The notes below the pieces were generated by a model. That model saw only the letters and a program-made list of their open reading frames with translations, made no database searches and was not told where the DNA came from. Shown in pieces: positions 57,250 to 64,000 of a stretch of 64,000 bases of DNA; within the stretch, counting starts at the first letter, position 1, and each line of letters begins with the position of its first letter. The stretch is from the human T2T-CHM13v2.0 reference genome, Homo sapiens, in assembly GCF_009914755.1 (NCBI RefSeq), contig NC_060948.1; one strand, written 5' to 3'. The position numbers were made by a program, and so were the translations under genes.

Positions 57250-57460
57250 AAAAATCTATAGACTTTTCCATAAAAGAATCAGATAGTAAATATTGTAAGA
57301 TTTTTGGACCATATTGTCTTATTTGCAACTATTTAACTTCATTACAGTACAAAAGCAGCTAGAGACAATATATAATAAATGTTGGTGAGGGTGTTCCAAT
57401 AAAATTATAACAACAGGCAACAACAGGATATCAATCTTGGGATATTTGCTGTTCATTGAT
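57250..57460 (+). mobile_element. MER58A-like hAT DNA transposon
   Basis: CAGATAGTAAATATT...GCAACTATTTAACT...AAAAGCAGCTAGAGACAATA...GTGTTCCAATAAAA. Confidence 0.75.
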
Positions 57461-57733
57461 CTAAGATGTCAGTTTTGTAATGCTCTAAGAATTCCCTTAT
57501 CCTTCTAATATCTGTAGACTCTGTAATGGTGTCCTTTCTTTTCTTTCTGATAATGAATAATTGTGTTTTCTATATTTTCTTAGTCAATGCAAAGGTTTAT
57601 CAGTTTTACTTATCCTTCCAATGGTCTTCCTGTTTATTGTACGTAATATTATTATTTTCTATTTTGTATTTTATTGATTTATATTCCTTATTGTTTTTCT
57701 TCCATTTAGTTTGTTGTTCACTTGTTACAGTTT

Positions 57734-58156
57734 TGTAAAGGGGCTGTATATCTAAAGCAGCCCCGAAATGCTGAAGAAGCTGAGAAACCAAAGAAGGATG
57801 CAAACAAATGCACTTTGTGAGTTTTGGATAATTTACTAAGAGAATTTGCAGACGGAAGTGTGGTCTTGGGTGGCCATAAGACAGTTAGATCTCTACACCA
57901 CAACTCCCCAGACCTTAGAATTGTATTCTGGGATAAAACATACGTGCTGTTAAAGAAATGTGTAGGTAGATATGAAAGTCACAGGTTATAATTTCTGCAA
58001 CAAGGATTATTTTGAAGGGAAGGTACAGTGAAAAGGTGTCCCTATAAAAACAGCAATGTATCAGCTAGACATTTTAGAGGTATGCCTGGCTCTGGTTTAG
58101 TCAAGAAGTTACATGGAAGAATAGCATTTAAAATAAAGTCCCTCTTGTTCTCCACA
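57734..58156 (-). mobile_element. Solo LTR, probably LTR47-like
   Basis: TG...CA bounded block of about 420 bp interrupting L1M. The reverse strand starts TGTGGAGAACAAGAGGGACTTTATTTTAAATGCTA. Confidence 0.55.
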
Positions 58157-59744
58157 GGTATTTTCTGTTTTCTAGCTTACTAAGTTAGAAAGTTAAATCA
58201 CTGATTTCAGTCATTTCTTCTTTCTCATAGAACTTTCAAAATAATGCACTAGTCTTTTAAGCACATCTTTAACTACATCTCATGAATTTCAGCATGGTTT
58301 GTTTCCATATTTCTTAGCTTCAGAAGATTTTCTAATCTCCTTTGTAATTTATTTTTTAACCCACAGGTTATTTAGAAGTAAGTTGTTGGGACTTTACAGG
58401 ATTTTTTTTGTTGATTTTTACTTTGATTCCATTATGGAGAAAAAATATAATGTTTAGGAATTTGTTCTTTGGAAATCTTTTGAGATGACTTTTGTGGCCT
58501 AGTATAGGGTCTCTCTTAGTAATCTCATAGGAATGGAAGCCCATAGACATTTTGCTTTGAGCTAATACATAATAAACTACCTTGCAACTGGTTGTAAGAG
58601 CATGTAGTTACTGATTCTAGATTTTCAGGAAGGCTTTCTTTATTTGATTAAAGCTAGGCTGTTTCTTTAAGCTATTTCTTCATAGTTTTTCAGGACAGTT
58701 TTCTTTATTTAATTAAAGCTAGGCTAAACCATACAAAATGATCATTTTATAGGTAAAACATCACAGAATATTGGTAATTTCATATTATTCCACCTAATAG
58801 TATGTTTCCATCCAGTAGCCTTTAATTACATGGTAGGTTTGGTAATGTCTTTGATGAAAATGCTTAAGCAAGTCTTTCCAAGAATGGGGTTGAAGAATAA
58901 TATATCAGAAAAACTTGAGAAGAATTTTATTTCAAGTTTCTTGTCAAGTTTTAGCCATTCACAACAAAAATTTAGTCAACATAAGTTCGTATACTGTACT
59001 GGCAATTACTCTAGCAATTAGGGCTTCAGCTGCAGTGCAGTCTGAGCCCTTCAGTATATAAAACAGGTTTCTACACCTACTCTGAGGGGAAGCAAAGAAG
59101 GAATGCAACATGTGACCTGACATAGTTAGGATTCACTTAGAAATGGGACAATGCTGAGCCTATTGGTTAAGCAAATTTCATACTTGTGGTCACATGGGGC
59201 TGAGACATGTAACAGTTTCAGCTTTTATATTTCCTCTAATGTTTCACTCCCTTGATATTTAGATAAAAAGTGCATTACATTACATTTCTTTCTACACCCC
59301 ATGGAATTTGATTAATGGCTTGGTAAAAATATTAAAATGTTCTCTTTGAGCTGGCATATGTTTCTTTAGTGAGGAAGCTGACAACGACTCTGTGGTGAGA
59401 TTCTGACATGCTCATGATTTTACAATTTCAGACCTGCTAAAAGTGTTTGTGTAAATACAATTTCTGCTTCCACTTGTGTAGCTTGCCTTGAAAGCCAGAT
59501 AGCATCTGCCTCATCTTCAGCACCTTTCATAAACATGCTGAGGATGCTAGCAGATCTTGATGGCATGACTATGCATAGATTCCAGGACTTAATTCAAGTG
59601 GTTCATGAGGTTGCTGCTGTCCCTAGATCAAGACAGTGATCCTGTTTGCTTGAATTGTCAATATCTAACAGGTGTCCTGGATAGTCATACCAGAGGGGCT
59701 GGGCTCATGTCAGGAGCTGCTGATGATAGTATCTTACAAAAGGC

Positions 59745-59896
59745 CAGTTCATAGACATAGAAAATAAAACAGAGATTACTTTAGGCTAGCAGGAGGCAAG
59801 GAATAGGGAGTTATTGTTTAATGGGTGTAGGGTTTCACTTTTCAAGATGAAGTGAGTTCTGGAGATGTATGGTGGTGATTGTTCCACAACAATGTG
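59745..59896 (+). mobile_element. L1MB 3'UTR fragment
   Basis: GGGAGTTATTGTTTAATGGGTGTAGGGTTTC...GTTCTGGAGATG...CACAACAATGTG. Confidence 0.75.
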
Positions 59897-61204
59897 TCTG
59901 AAAAGATTAACTAAAATATTAGACAATGATTTGAAGCTGTTGTAACAAAATTCTTTCTGTCTGTCCAATTTTATTAAGGAAATGAGTGAAACGACACTAA
60001 ATACGTAGAAGAGGTATAGTAATATTGCTTGTCATCTAGGCAACAACTTTCTCGCCATTTTAAGGGAGGTAAATTAAGACAGTGAGTGGGATTGGGATAG
60101 ACTTGTAGCCTCAAAAAGAATTCTGACATGGCTCATGAGGGCCCTCTTTTTGAGGCTACAAGTTAGTTAATCTTTTGGAACATGTTATCTTCTGCTATTT
60201 ATAGCAAAGATCCTAAGTGTAACTATTGTCATTTTCTTCTATATCTGCAAGTTGGTATGTTTACATACAGGTGAAAGAGCCTCTTTTCCATATAGTCTAG
60301 TCATAAGTAAAAGACCTTTTAGGCTTAGGTCTGGAAAACTTTTAAGTCCTAATAGTATGAGATTTTTTTTTTTAAGTTTAATTTTTTTATTTTTTCAAAC
60401 ATCACATTCCTGATAAGGCCAACTTACAAACTAAAACAGTCTTTGTAAATTCTTAAGCAGCTTTTTAAAATGAAGCAAATTGAATGTACAAGTTTAGTAA
60501 GCATTCAAGCACTGTTTATAATCCCCTTAATTATCTACATTCCCTAATGCATGTCAAATTTAAATCATAGTTATAATCAGCTATTTCTAATTAAAAATAC
60601 AAAACAAGTAATTAAATTCTCTAAAATATCAAAGATTCTCTAACATATCATCTTTTGAACATTTCGTATGCTACATATAAGAAACATAAATTATCATCAT
60701 GACTTAAAATATATCTCACATAAACTATCACAGTATTAATACTTTCTATATATGATGTCACTGTCTCTATATTACTTCTACAGCCTGATGGATTTGCAAA
60801 GTCATTTATCCAACTAATGAGTGAAAATCACTATCTTTAGCAGTGCCAAGATCTCCAGATAAAGATTCAAAACCAAGATCCTGCTACAGATCTAGGTTAA
60901 ACCATCTGATCTGAGGGACTGGAATTTGGGATCTGATCTGTGATCCTTTTCCAAGCCAGTAACACCATATCAACAGGGAAACTCAAACGCATGCTTTTTA
61001 GCTGCCATGCAGCTTTATAGTCCTTAAAATATATTCCTTCAGTAATTTTCCTTGTGGAAATTTCACCTTTATGCAAATTTTATTTTCAACTTTTTATTGT
61101 CTGATTTAGATAGATGGAATTCTGCACCCACCACAAGGAATCCAGCTAATTGCCTTCAATTAGAGTTAATTGAATTATGTACTGCTTTGATTGTGATAGC
61201 ATCC

Positions 61205-62932
61205 TTTTATATTTTATTTTATTTTCCTTTTTTTAAAATTATACTTTAACTTCTGGGTTATATGTGCAGAATGTACAGTTTTGTTGCATAGGTATACATG
61301 TGCCATGGTGGTTTGCTGCACCCATCAACCCGCCACCTACATTAGGCATTTCTCGTAATATTATCCCTCTTCTAGACCCCCACCCCCATAGGCCCTAGTG
61401 TGTGATGTTCCCCTCCCTGTGTCCATGTGTTCTTATTGTTCAGCTCCCACTTATGAGTGAGAAGATGTGGTGTTTGGTTTTCCATTCTTGTGATAGTTTG
61501 CTGAGAATGGTGGTTTCCAGCTTTGTCCATGTCCCTGCAAAGGACATGAACTCATCTTTTTTATGGCTGCATAGTATTCCATGGTGTATATGTACCACAT
61601 TTTCTTAATCTAGTCTATCAGTGATGGAAATTTGGGCTGGTTCTAAGTCTTTGCTATTGTGAACAGTGCCGCAATAAACATATGTGTGCATGTGTCTTTA
61701 TAGCAGCATGATTTATAATCCTTTGGGTATATACCCAGTAATGGGATGGCTGGGTCAAATGGTATTTCTAGTTCTAGATAATTGAGGAATTGCCACACTG
61801 TCTTCCACAATGGTTGAATTAATTTACATTCCCACCAACTGTGTAAAAGTGTTCCTATTTCTCCACATCCTCTCCAGCATCTGTTGTTTCCTGACTTTTT
61901 AATGATTGCCATTCTAACAGGCTTGAGATGGTATCTCATTGTGGTTTTGATTTGCATTTCTCTGATGACCAGTGATGATGAGCATTTTTTCATATGTCTG
62001 TTGGCTGCATAAATGTCTTCTTTTGAGAAGTGTCTGTTCATATTCTTTGCCCCATTTTGTGGTAGGGTTGTTTGCTTTTTTCTTTTAAATTTGTTTAAGT
62101 TCTTTGTAGATTCTGTGTATTAGCCCTTTGTCAGATGGATAGATTGCAAAAATTGTCTCTCATTCTGTAGATTGCCTGTTCACTCTGGTGATAGTTTCTT
62201 TTGCTGCACATAAGCTCTTTAGTTTAATTAGATCCCATTTGTCAATTTTCGCTTTTATTGCCATTGCTTTTGGTGTTTTAGACATGAAGTCTTTACCCAC
62301 GCCTATGTCCTGAATGGTATTGCCCAGCTTTTCTTCTAGGGTTTTTATAGTCCTAGGTCTTACATTAAAGTCTTTGATCCATCCTGAGTTGATTTTTGTA
62401 TGAAGCATAAGGAAGGGGGGTCCGGTTTTGGTTTTCTGCATATGACTAGCCAGTTTTCCCAACACCATTTGTTAAATAGAGAATCTTTTCCCCATTGCTT
62501 GTGAGTGTCAGGTTTCTCAAGAATCAGATGGTTGTAGATGTGTGGTGTTATTTTTGAGGCACCCGTTCTGTTCCATTGGTCTATATCTCTGTTTTGGTAC
62601 CAGTACCATGCTGTTTTGGTTACTTTAGCCTTGTAGTAAAGTTTGAAGTCAGGTAGCATGATGCCTCCAGCTTTGTTATTTTTTGCCCAGGATTGTCTTC
62701 ACTATGTGGGCTCTTTTTTGCTTCCATATGAAGTTTAAAGTAGTTTTTTCCAATTCTGTGAAGAAAGTCATTGGTACCTTGATGGGGATAGTATTGAATC
62801 TATAAATTACTTTGGGCCGTAAGACTATTTTCATGATATTGATTCTTCCTCTCTAAGAGCATGGAATGTTTTTCCATTTGTTTTTGTCCTCTTTTATTTT
62901 GTTGAGCAGTGGTTTGTAGTTCTTCTTGAAGA
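61205..62932 (-). mobile_element. L1PA (PA6/PA7-like) 3' portion
   Basis: 3'UTR and ORF2 C-terminal fragments (61643-62041 [18 protein letters not shown]; 62360-62659 [10 protein letters not shown]). Confidence 0.93.

Positions 62933-64000
<1,068 letters not shown>

Larger units (their letters stand above)
56640..58520 (-). mobile_element. Old L1M ORF2 fragments, interrupted by an Alu, MER58 and an LTR
   Basis: TTATGCTGGACTTAAATAATGAATTG, AAGCCATATGGGCCTG. ORF 58368-58550 has an L1 endonuclease-like DPILGHKSHL...HNGIK. Confidence 0.65.

Overview
Primate (human-like) genomic DNA dominated by repeats, with no intact protein-coding gene. Most ORFs in the supplied track are fragments of L1, Alu or ERV sequence, or chance ORFs. 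Repeat content: about 14 Alus; several L1s (L1PA, L1PB, L1M), almost all on the minus strand; a HERV-K(HML-2) LTR5_Hs-type solo LTR with a perfect 6-bp TSD; MaLR LTRs, L2, Tigger2 and MER58 fragments; and a 12-kb nested ERV complex. That complex is a MER61 provirus containing two Alus, an LTR2 solo LTR and an oppositely oriented LTR10/HERV-I provirus. The main signal not explained by repeats is one decayed coding exon of WWC3 (KIBRA family) at 55460-55662, missed by the ORF track. It has a frameshift, two stops and an intact splice donor, so it is an unprocessed relic. Because WWC3 is X-linked, this may be a Y-chromosome gametolog remnant (inference). Also notable: G-to-A hypermutation of the inner provirus resembling APOBEC3 editing, and an L1PB whose 5'UTR is joined to mid-ORF2 at a splice-like junction. 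Subfamily names and reference proteins come from recall of consensus sequences, not from a search. Boundaries of old repeats are approximate.
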